In this document: in pieces, positions 51,601-61,808 of the stretch | Layout: every line of letters starts with the position of its first letter | Position numbering within the stretch: position 1 is the stretch's first letter | Assembly (NCBI GenBank): GCA_001179505.1 | Contig: CDMY01000212.1 | Coordinates: forward strand, 62,001-126,000 | From: Vitrella brassicaformis CCMP3155 | Taxonomy: Eukaryota > Protista > Chromerida | Direction of reading: 5' to 3' | Length of the DNA: 64,000 nucleotides | The notes under the pieces: model-generated | What the model saw: only the letters and a program-made list of their open reading frames with translations | Told to the model about the DNA's origin: nothing | Database searches by the model: none | Translations under genes and position numbers: made by a program

Positions 51601-53340
51601 CAGGTGGGCGTGCTGGCGGTTGCGGCGGCCCTGCTGGGCGCTTCCATCTATGGGGCGACGAATCTCGAGGAACGCTTCGATTTAGCGTTCTTTGTTCCAG
51701 ACGATTCGTACGGCAGTAAATACTTCGACTACCTCGATGACTACTACAGCGGCGCACGTACGCTATCGCCAAACGGACAAAGACATTCATGCATCCGGTA
51801 CACCTTCCCATGGCCTTGTGCGTGTGTGTGTGTGTGTGTGTGTGCAGCTGTCCCCATGACGGTGGTGGTCAAAGACTTCGATTACTACGCTAACCGAGAC
51901 ACCACCCTACCGGTAAACGCACGCACACAACCACTCACAGGAGGGCGTCCATTACCCAGTGACTCACACACGGCTGAATTGCATTGTGTGCAGGATGTGT
52001 CATCAATTCTGCGTACGTCCAAGTACGTCGAGGCATCGACCGTCGAGAGCATCTTCGAAGAATACGCGAGATCGCCCCTTTATGACACGGTGATCACGCA
52101 TGCGATGCGACAAAGCTGGGACACACTTACCGACGCGCTTATGACATGCATTTTACGTGTGCTGTAGAGCACGCCAGCCGCTTGGTACACGGGCCTCTCC
52201 ACCTTCATCACTCAAGACGGACCCGGCAAAAGGTACATCACAACACCATTCCGTCCTGTCACTCACACACACGTCCACACACTGCGTTTCACTGCTGCAG
52301 GTTTGAGCAGGACATCGTATGGCGGGACCCCCTGGACGTCACGCAAGGCATCCGCGCGTCGCGCCTGCGGGCCGGCTACCGAGGCAGCGCCATCCCTGAC
52401 TCGCCCAGCCAAGTGGATGCGATGCTGACCCTGAGGAAGGAGCTGGCTGACGTCGATGGTGTGGATGTCTTTCACTACTCCTTTGAGCACCTGACGTGGG
52501 AGGCCAGCGCCGTCATTGTGTATGAGCTGATCCTGAACCTGTCGCTGGCATTTACAGCGGTCTTCCTCGTGACACTGGTCGGCACGGGCAGGGCAGGCAG
52601 AAACACACAATGGTTGAGAAGCCGAATGTTCGTATGGTTCTTCTGTCTATCTTCACGTGTGTGCAGTTTTTGATTGGTCATCCACTGACGAGCATAAGGA
52701 CCTTGTCTTCGTGTGTGTCCTCTACTGTGTTGTCGTCTCTCTCGGTGAGTCTCCACACTCACACACACTCACACACACACACAGAGGAGCGACTGCGCTG
52801 TGCCTCCATGCGCTCGTCCTCCGTCTGCATGTAGGTTTTATGTATTACTGGGGAGTTCCGATCAACACCGTCTCTGTCATCTACATAGTGCTCGGCCTGG
52901 GCCTCTCCGTCGACTACTCGGCTCACATCGGCTACTCATTCATGCTGCAACAGGCCGCCACCAGGGACGAGCGTGTCGTCAAGGCTCTGGGGGAGATCGG
53001 CGCATCGGTGCTCAACGGCGCCTTCTCCACCTTCCTGGCCATCCTGGTGCTGGCCTTCTCCAAGTCATACGTCTTCCGGGTGTTCTTCATCCAATTCTTC
53101 GACATTGCCGTGTTCGGGGTGGCTGCGGGCATCTGCATCCTTCCTGTGCTGCTCTCCTGGCTGGGCTCGGCGCCATACACCATCCCACAAGACGCCCCGG
53201 TGAAGGACGGCAAGGTTGTGGAGACGCTCGAGGACACTCATGAGCCGTCGGCCGTGACGGTGCCGACGATACGCCAGAAGAGTGCCGAGGAAAACCACGA
53301 GAGGGAGGGTGAGGAATCCACGCCCCCGGGGAGCGTGTAG
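45665..53340 (+). CDS. Patched/NPC1-like sterol-sensing-domain RND transporter (~12 TM), multi-exon
   Basis: N-terminal FFNIGWQIGKRPLAFM; SSD: DISALFVGYLLLLGYLFINLG...LGLSIAVVFTIGLSIAASYG...TLPFLLLGIGVDDAFII...SITLTSITDALAFGIGA...LSSFCAYA; second half GLGLSVDYSAHIG, GASVLNGAFSTFLAILVLAFSKSYVF. Confidence 0.93.
47374..47968 (-). CDS. Nested antisense gene 1: small protein with N-terminal signal/anchor, 4 exons
   Basis: MVRLCVAALVLVLVFTVGLSVGRLVIPP...KTCEDT AA|gtgagt..gtcag|T RELVSGITTDGRTNTWS AG|gtacgg..ttcag|A WLRDDVFMIHTKMDILTRIGT AT|gtaagt..gtcag|T LYRMHGELIRYHYYMRHMLTR*; three canonical introns preserve frame. Confidence 0.7.
48103..48246. repeat. Perfect 68-bp direct repeat (48103-48170 and 48179-48246) with 8-bp spacer
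   Basis: agtcggccgtcaatgaaagagaggcgtagatgtgggagcagaagcgattttcccgccacatcacaaag occurs twice. Confidence 0.95.
48239..49432 (-). CDS. Nested antisense coding unit 2 (spliced; possibly the 3' part of unit 3), Lys/Glu-rich C-terminus
   Basis: In-frame exons ...GKPSW|DALYARPVTGDMIHYNDLVNNLDSFTKRIRDHLGPT|DGCAREVGCEDEPELKIYEGRVHWWCKSYARKCSTNKPQ|VACKKSVDVKPGPWYGG...KKKAKCAL*; start uncertain. Confidence 0.6.
49542..50573 (-). CDS. Nested antisense gene 3: secreted Cys-rich protein with acidic pro-region
   Basis: 343-aa ORF; signal peptide MKASTWSLLLPYLLCMSTGCCA; Asp-rich segment; many spaced Cys and Trp. The 3' end may splice to unit 2. Confidence 0.72.
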   Translation of the reverse strand: MKASTWSLLLPYLLCMSTGCCAFPADDSVHDDYQDYHASDADVEDLTGEDDDDDPMDIDDPSHPHSASASAGASTSTAHQLFAAQSTPLPWGALHQPGFSYKQAGDVILDDWTLKGFDGTERECKARHTVLRQQFDASGGCDIITVADDCTVEWHNRGWKKETDLDQARANDAVATSCGALAHMAKNICREVWHLPRRCKNRGWMSFKIGGKVVTAKEDCYQRFVCTRVRAAKQLAAHGMGDKQAYMRTMSRRGNHNYQRLVHTKDVLPFCTIADGEYSGRALTSKEKKCRRYRDYNRCENVGEANMIGLAHPSGSADASWLVTAPLHVMSGRQVTHKEGQIP

Positions 53341-54095
53341 TGGGGTGGGGTAGGGTGTGTTGGGGTGGGTTATTTGCTGGTCTGAATATGAGATGCGACT
53401 GCGCATTGCTTGTTTGTAAGTACTGTACGTGGGGAGTGTGTTGGCTCACTCGCGGCCCTTCCAAAGGAAGGCTGATGCGAAGGATTGTTGAATGGTCTGC
53501 TCTTTGTGTGTCAATTTGGTGATGCAGGGCTAGTGCTCGTGTAGCGTAGAGTGATTTTTGTCCAACTGCACTTGTACTGCTCGTGTGTGCGCGTGTGGTG
53601 TCTCATCTCGTCTTCTCCAACTTCTCGCCTATTGTCTTCCACAGTCAGTAATAGACTGTGCATGTGTGTATGTGTGCCTGTCGATTGTTCATTGTGCAAA
53701 GCGACGTCCCGTCACTTGATGGTGGGTGTGGTGCATTTTGTTTTGTGGGGCCTTTTCTTGTAGTGTTCCGATGGATGACTGAATAATGAGAGACGAGTGA
53801 TGTGGATGAGTTTCACTCGTGTGGTGCGACACTGGCTAGTCAACACATCAACAGTCTTCGCAGATGGATCGAAGAACATCCATCCACCCACCGACTGCAC
53901 CACGTATCCATCTCAACAGCAGCGTCAAAACACGTAGCTGGGCAAGCCGCGCTAGCCGGCACATAACTACAAAACAAAAACGTACAGCCAGCGCCTCACA
54001 GGTGTACACATGTATACGTATACGATACAAATATCAATACAGATAGGGATAATACAGATACAAGGACAGATAACCTACTCACACTTCGACTTCCA

Positions 54096-54921
54096 TCAGT
54101 TTTGGCAATCGATGTAAGCGAAGCAGCTACAGCCGCGAATGAGAGGGATCGCCGTGCAGATGCTCAAGTCGATGATGCGGATCGTCCGTTGACAGTCCGG
54201 GAGCCGGGCAAACGAGCCAGGCACCGCCTCATTGAACCCCGTCCAATATCGGCAAAATGCCTGTCAACAATCGAGAAAAAAGCAAACATGCTCGCCTCGG
54301 CTTCTCCCCGTCTCACATCTGCAGCGTCTTGGCCGCAATCGAATCCAATGTCAAGCAGTGCCTGCCCGCACCAATCCACAGGAATGTTGGCCACTTTTGG
54401 GGTCGGATAGCGCTCTGCATGCAGCATTGCCGAGGGAGAGAATCGATCAAGGACCACAACAGGTGAGCACAGACAGAATCAGTGGCGTACGCGCGGCCGC
54501 TGCGGTGCACTCCGCGTCTTCATCGCAATTCCAAATCACACGCTCAGCAGCACCACCTGTGGTGGTGCATGTAGCCCAACACACACGAGCAGAAAATCGA
54601 TCAGCCAAATGGCGTCACCCCGTCTGCACGTACTGTGCGCTTCTTTGCCCACTGTAGTAGATTCCGGTCGTCTGCGCCATCGTGGGAAAAACGTAACGGG
54701 CAGCTGCACTCACGCGCGCACACACACCCACGAAAAAGAGAAAGAGAGAGAGACTCTTTGTGGAAGTGTAGCCTCACGCAGAGACAATCCGCCTCACCTC
54801 CCGCCTCCAGCGGCTGACAGTCCGGGTCTGTTTCGGCACAATCGCCGCGTTCTTCAGGCCGCTGGCAGTGAGCGACACCGGCGAGAGTCACGAGCACAAG
54901 CAGCCCAAAGATCCACACCAT
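54096..54921 (-). CDS. Small secreted Cys-rich protein, 5 exons
   Basis: Signal MVWIFGLLVLVTLAGVAHC; in-frame spliced exons give ...AARYVFPTMAQTTGIYYSGAAERVIWNCDEDAECTAAAAQRYPTPKVANIPVDWCGQALLDIGFDCGQDAAD|AFCRYWTGFNEAVPGSF...TIRIIDLSICTAIPLIRGCSCFAYIDCQN*. Confidence 0.72.
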
Positions 54922-55073
54922 TGGTCACGGGATGGGGAGTGCGTACGCTGATCGCATCATGTAAACTTCGCCGTGGGGGCTCTTCAGTCTCAGCCCCCAC
55001 TAGTCTCAGCCCCCACTGGGAGAAACCGCGAATCCGCTCCGAGTCCCGCCACGAGCCTCTGGAGTCCCGCGCG

Positions 55074-56566
55074 ATGGATTCTCGTAGAACATCCACGTTC
55101 AGCACCGTCCTGATCCTCCTCCAGCTGTGTCAGCAGGTCTCATCGTCGCGTGTCCTAGCGCGTGTTACGGATGACGTAACCTGTTTCCAGCGGCCCCATG
55201 ATCTCCCTGAGAAGCCAATCGACATCAGGTGAGTGGAAAGGGTAAGGGCAGCTAGGAGAGCTCTTGGCCGCTGCAATGGGTGGCTGGATGGGATGCATGC
55301 AGCTGCTCCGTGAAGGTCGCCGACGATTTCCGCCATCGGCTGCAGCCAAACCTCAAGGACAAACACATGCTGGATGTAGTCCTGCGGCTGCGAAAAAAAG
55401 GAAGAGGTGTTGGCGGCAAGGCTGAGCTTCAAATCTCACTGCAGAATGTCGGCGGAATCGACGTCACAAACGGTGGTTGCGTCTTGCAGTTGAAGGGCGA
55501 CGGCGACTGTTCCTTGGAGAGGTACGTGCATTTGGGGGCACATAGGATGCCAACTTCAATGTGTGTCTCTGTTGACGCAGTCTGGACAAAGCCGACAAAT
55601 TGAATGGCAATTCCCTGATGGTCGCGATGCTGTCATGGGTCGATACCTACGGAGAGGGCTGGGGCTGCACCAAGGGACTGAGCCTCGTCGACATCAGCAG
55701 CATCAAGGAGAGCTACATGCTTACACACGCAAGTACGTGTCTGGAGATAGACATATGTGACACATTTCATGGCTCGATGTATGTCAGGTTTCTACTACCA
55801 GTCGTTCGGCTTCAAGTTTGGGCCCAAGGCAAACAAAAAGGCGGTCGACAGCTGCAGGGACATGCTGAGCTTCCTTCGTGACGAGGCGGATGTCTTGTCA
55901 ACTGTGAAGAGTAATGCCGTCATGGTGCTGCACCAAGCGCTCAGCGCATCAGGCAAGATTGGCCGCGATATCGTCAAGAAGGTTGACAAGGAGGTCCGCG
56001 ATACCAACATCGACGATCCAGAGGCCAGACTTGAGGAGATGCGTCGCAAAACGATCGACGTCGTCGAGGAGCAACCCGCACTAAAACAGTCTGTGTCGAC
56101 TTCTCCGCTGACCCCGTTCCGCCAGACTCGAGATACGGTTGGATCAAAAAAGGCGATGATCGGCGAGAAACGCTTGTTCTTCGACCTCCTTCTTGCCTGG
56201 CCCGAGCTGGAGGAGATGACTCAGGAGTGCGTGTCCAGGGGAGAGAGAATCCGCGATGGCCCGATCAACCCCCAAGCCAGTCAGCTGCCCCATCTGCGCC
56301 CCAAAGCCACCATTGACCCCACCTTCCCGCCAGGCAGCAACGCCCACGAGCTTATGTGTCTGATCCAGTCGGCCGGGCTTGTGCTCATGAAGCATGCAGA
56401 CAAGAAGCGATTGGAGAGAATCATGGATGACTTCCCATCAATGCTACTGGCCCAGAGCCTGCCTGCCGGTGCTCGGAAATGCCTCAACGTGTCCACAGGA
56501 GTGCGGCAGCTCGGAGACACGCATCGCTACACACTCGTGGAGGAGTTCGCCACACCTTCCAATTAA
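55074..56566 (+). CDS. Secreted hypothetical protein with GNAT-like motifs, 4 exons
   Basis: Signal-like MDSRRTSTFSTVLILLQLCQQVSSS; spliced ...KLNGNSLMVAMLSWVDTYGEGWGCTKGLSLVDISS...THA|SFYYQSFGFKFG..., continuing into ORF 55757-56566. Confidence 0.7.
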
Positions 56567-56845
56567 AAAGAAACGAGAGAAAACTGCATGAGTGAAGCGA
56601 CAAAAACAAAAACAGACAGGTCGATGGACGCATACATGCATCATCGAGACACATCCTTGCAACAGCGCGGGAGAGACACGACGCACATGTTGCGGAACGA
56701 GATGGCCACATGAGTGTTTCCTGCCTTAACGAGATTATCAGGCAGGAAACACAGTGATAATCGACGGATCGGTCATGCGGTCCAATAATCCATGAATACA
56801 CCGATCCATGAATACACATCTATCGAATATCTGGAGCGCTGTCCT

Positions 56846-59800
56846 TCATGTGTCAGCTCCGCTGTGTCTCCGGGCGATGTGGCCCCGCACCCACGCCTGA
56901 ATCCTACACACACACACACACACACACAGAACCGCATACACACACAGAAACGCATACATCAAACGTGCAGATCTAGCGTGTCAGTGCATTTGTTCACCTG
57001 GTGCTGGCAACTTCCCTTCTTAGCTCCTTGTCCCAACGGAGATTGTAATAATTTGCTGTAGCGAGGAAGACCAGGAAAGGGATGCTCTGGTCCTGCTCTT
57101 CGCCATTGCCCTGACACACATACACACAAGGCTCACAAGAGTGAGTCAGTGATTCAACCGGTTCTTGTTTGCCGTGTGTGTACCACTGGCTCGAGATATC
57201 TGAGGCTGTAGCGCAGGCCCGCCCCCAGCTGCGCCACTCGCGACCGATACGGAACCACATATCCATTCTTGCGACGACGCAGCAGTCCCCTATATGAGAC
57301 ACCAGCCACAAGGAGGCACATGCACACAATCCCTGGCAACACACGTCGCCCACCTTGAGAAGTGGCTGGTGAGATCGAAGGCATCTTCAGCCTTGACTAT
57401 GCCCTGATCCATCGGTCACACGAGACAAGAGACAAGAAGACAAAGTCCAGAAGATGCGCACAGGCGCCCCTGGCTATCGATGGTCTCTGCCGATCAGTGT
57501 CTCACGGCCAGAAGAGACCAGTCCTCCGAGGCCTCGTCGGCATCATCTTCGGCGACGTCCGACACTCCAAACTGGTAGCTGATGACGCTGCATCGCTCCA
57601 GCAGCTCGTCCCGGAACTTTAGCGCCCACCGCCACATGTCGAACAAACGCACTTCCGACTCATTGGTGGCCACAAAGAGACGGGAAAGACGGCAACCCTG
57701 CAGACACATCCAGGTGCGTTGTGCATCGAACGAGCGTGTGCTGGCGGAGTGACTGGCTCACACTGTAGAATGGTGTTCGCTTGATGGATGGCAGGTCCTC
57801 TGTCGAACACACCACGGACCGCAACACACCTGCCACACACATCACACCATAAGGCGGCGTAATGTATGTATGTATCAGTCTACCGTGCTCACTCAGTCTG
57901 AATTGAGGCCGTGTCATGTGAAAGTTGAGAATCTCCCGCAGGGAGCAGTCAACACGAGTGCAAAACTCCTGATCAACACACAGCAGGTCTCTCTGCACTT
58001 TCCCCCCATCACACGCTCACCACTGCACTTTGCACTTCTCTCAAGGCGTCGCACTCGACGGACTTCCACACCAGTCTTTCAAGGAACAGATCCACGTCTA
58101 GCAGCACCTTGTCGCTCTCCCACGACGGCCGCCCACCTCCCGACCTCCCTCGCTTGGAGTAGCCGATGAGTGAGTGCTCCACCCGCTGCAGCCGGGACTG
58201 TGGCAGATCGGTGAAAAGACGACGCACAACACCACTGGCGTCGTCATAGCTGCATGCATGACACAAAGTGAGAGCAGTGATTGATAGAGGTGTCATCTCT
58301 GGGTGTTCGTGGTGCGAGTGACTAACGTGATGGCGGTGCGTTCGAGTGCGCTCCGTCCCTTGCGGCTTCGCAGCAGCCGGGCGTCGCTCAGCTCAACAGC
58401 TGGAGAGAGACCCCCCTCGATTAAGTCTGTTTTTTCCGTTCGCTTGGTCTCTGGTCCGACCTTTTTCGAAGAGACGGACAGATGAGAGATACATCGGCGT
58501 CTGGAGGAAGAGGTACATCATTCCATCACCCGCCCGACCATCCCCACAAAATGTCTCCATGACTTGCCTGTCCCCTTGCGAATACGCCCAGAAACTGGGC
58601 GACAAGACGAACAGTCCCCGAAGAGTGCCTGAACACGCACGCACACAATGGGCACATGCACATCCCTTCACGTGTGTGCGCAAGACCGACCAGTGCTCCC
58701 GAAAAGCGCCAACCAGATCAAGCAGCTGACGATAAGTGACATGCGAGCACACGCAATAAGCTCATTGACTCGTGATGGGTGAGACTTACCAAATAGAGAC
58801 GCTGTGCGCCTTGTGGTGCCTCTCTCTCAATGAACCTGCGTTCATGTCAGAGCAGAAGACACACCAGGACGGTGCTCATGGACACAAGAGCCTGCCACAT
58901 GCCTGCCTACTTTTGCAGTGAGGTGGTGAATGGAACAGGATTGTACTCAGCGTCAAGTCTGCAGCAGAACAACAACCAGCAGCAATGCCAGGTTCGTGCT
59001 TTTCATCGCTATGCACTCGTCGCTTACTCTGCGTGGAAGTCGACGAGCGCCCGGAGTATCTCCAGAAATTTCATCTTGGACAGCACCTTCCCCGACGCAA
59101 GGCCAAGCATCGCTTGCGGCCGGTATCCTGTTCATTCAGACACATGGCGATACATTGGGCGCTCCATCCGTGCACACAGTGACTGACAGACGATGGCTGG
59201 CTTTACCCAGCTTCGCCGCCTGTAAACACCGCATCGCAGCTAGGCTGTGCCTCAAAGTGTACTTATTTGCAAACACGGAGCTCCGCGCTCACCACGAGGG
59301 TCGGTGCCCGGATGGCTAGCTTGAGATTCTGTTGGACACGATCCACACTGCCTGAGACACACACAAGACCGGGCGCATTGTTTCTGCGTCAGGATGGACT
59401 AAAGCAAGTGACCAGCACGGTGCGCGTACGTCCTCTTTCGTCCTCTTCGCTGACGTCTGACCAGTCTTTAGTCAAATCGTTCACCACTGTAGCACACACA
59501 CAAAGAAGAGACTGAGGATTATCGCGGCATTCAATTCACTCCAACGGACGTACCAGGCATGGCCTCGGCTTCTTGCTCCCCGCCGACGAAGAAAAGCTGC
59601 TTGTCCATCTCACCGAGGAGACTCTCAACGTGAGCGTCAAAGGTGCAGTCCGTCTGCACCTCCTGAACACAACAGGGAGGGGGGAAGGAGAAAGCAGGGT
59701 CTCACCATCGTGGATACCTACTTGTGAGACCATGATCCGCTCCGCGGCTTTGGCTTCGAAGTGTCTGAAAGTCGCCAGAAATCCCTTGAGGCCCTCAAAC

Positions 59801-61620
59801 GTCGCCGCTGACTGCACCGAAAGAGACATCTCTTCTCACACGTGACCGCGAATGGTCAGACGGATGTGCACTTGTTCGAGAAGGCGCGCGTGTTTGCCCT
59901 CCTCGGCGTCTAGTTTCGTCACTGAAGGAGAACAGCCGCATAGACCTTGCTGCTTTTCTGTGCGTTTGCAGCGTACGTGTGCGCTCTATCTCGTGGACCG
60001 TGTTGATGTAGAAATCGTCCTGGGGCTTCTCTGTCTCGCCATCTGATCAAGAGAAACCCTGCAAATGTCACAAAAGGGCTCTTTTTGTTTTCAGTCTACC
60101 TTTCGGCTGGTTGATTGCGTTCATGGCTATCCTGTGGGCGGCGTCCTCCACAGCCAACATCCTGCAGACATTCATCCACGCATTGGCACGTACACGGCAG
60201 CACCGTGCCAGCAGTGTCCCTCACCCTACCTCTGGTTGATGGATCGGTTCTCATTCTTGATGTTTTCGAGCACCCGCAGTGCCAGGTTGTGGTCCACTTT
60301 GAGCTGCATGTGATCGAAGTAATCCTGGTTGTGCTCCTGAGGACCGGCAAGGGCATCACATCAGTGTCTCATGGTCGTCTGACCGTGCACGCGCCATTCT
60401 CACCGCTTCCTTCTTCTGTGTCTCAGCACGGAACTTTCCACACAAGTCGCGCAGCATATCTACAAAAACACCGGACACCATGGCTGCCCGTCAAGCAGAC
60501 GATCGCCTTTCAGTACCAGCTTCGTTCTCCTTCTTATTGATGGTGCGATCATAAGAATTGAGATTCCTTCTCAGTGCTCCAAACGTTCGATTGAGATACT
60601 CCACCACAGCGCACCACAGGCGACTCACTACCTGGGCCAAAAGTGCGCAGTGGAAAGTGCACTGATGGCTCAGCTCCTCAAACTGACCCATTCACCAATC
60701 CACACATATACACACACGTGGCGGACACACACGGAGACTGAGACAAGACATGTCTTGCGTTGCTCACACCGCTGCTGAGTAAATGGCCATGTCTCGTGTG
60801 AAGTTCTCCTGCAGCGTCTTGGCGACGTCTTGCGGGGAAGCGGACGGGGCATGCTCGAATGGAACGAACGTCGACTCGCCCAGCATCAGCCTGTCACTTA
60901 TCCACTCATTCAGGCTCTCCAACTCGTGATGGTGCGCTGCACACGCCACCGCAGACACAGACCATCTTCAACACTTTACCGGGAACTCCGCCTGTCTGTC
61001 TGTCTGTCTGTCTCTGTCCGCCTATCTAACCGTGGTTGAGGTGGCATGGGGGATAGGCTGTGGAGATGGGCCGCCCCTTTAGAAGAGCGATCAAGTGGTC
61101 GGTTATGCCCCGCGTATGGCTCATCTCTATGTGCTCCTGGCGACCACATCTGCACAGGGGGTGACCATCCGGATCCATGCATCATCCCGGCCGTGTACGT
61201 GTGTGTGTGTGTGTGTGTGGAACTGCCTTGCCTTGGCACACAGCTCCCTTTCAGCTGGGACGTAGCCTGCGACGACTGCTGACTCTCAAGGGAGGAAAAG
61301 TGGTCTGTACATATCGATCGCCATGAGGCGAATATCGCATATAAGTCAGTTAACAGCTTTGCTCTCATTTACTTGGCAAGTGTGAGGACACGTCGAGCCG
61401 GCGTGCTCTCTGCGATTGGGGCCTGGCGCGGTGTGGTGACAGAAGAGGGGAGGAGTCCACCACATCCTCGCCCAGCACCTGCACTGACAGCTGACAGAGG
61501 GATGGGTGCAGGGACGTGGCATGGCTGTGCGGCGGTTTGGCTTTGCTTCTGGATGCTTGCAGGCTCCGCCCTGTCAAGGGAGCCGGGCAACTCATGATTT
61601 GGGACGTGCGTTGAGCTCAA
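56846..61620 (-). CDS. Large multi-exon hypothetical protein ending in an IQ calmodulin-binding motif
   Basis: Chain of short coding exons with GT-AG ends (e.g. HHHELESLNEWISDRLMLGES, DYFDHMQLKVDHNLALRVLENIK, SEVRLFDMWRWALKFRDELLERC); last junction ...RREVASTR|IQAWVRGHIARRHSGADT* (IQxxxRGxxxR). Full exon chain not verified. Confidence 0.6.
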
Positions 61621-61808
61621 ACGCTTTTATGGACACCCTCGGAGGCCGGGACCGGTGAAGGGGAAGGGAGGGAAGGGAGGGGGCTCGGCGAGCTTAGCAC
61701 GCACCCACACCGACTTCGCCTCTCCCCCTCTTCCCCCTCTTTGCACGCGCTGCACAGCTTCCCTCGTCCCATCAGCAACTGCCCATTAATCAATCGCATC
61801 AGCCAGCC

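Noticed and set aside
56786-56817. Short direct repeat atccatgaatacac x2
   Set aside because: 14-bp duplication in a 3' UTR; common and uninformative.
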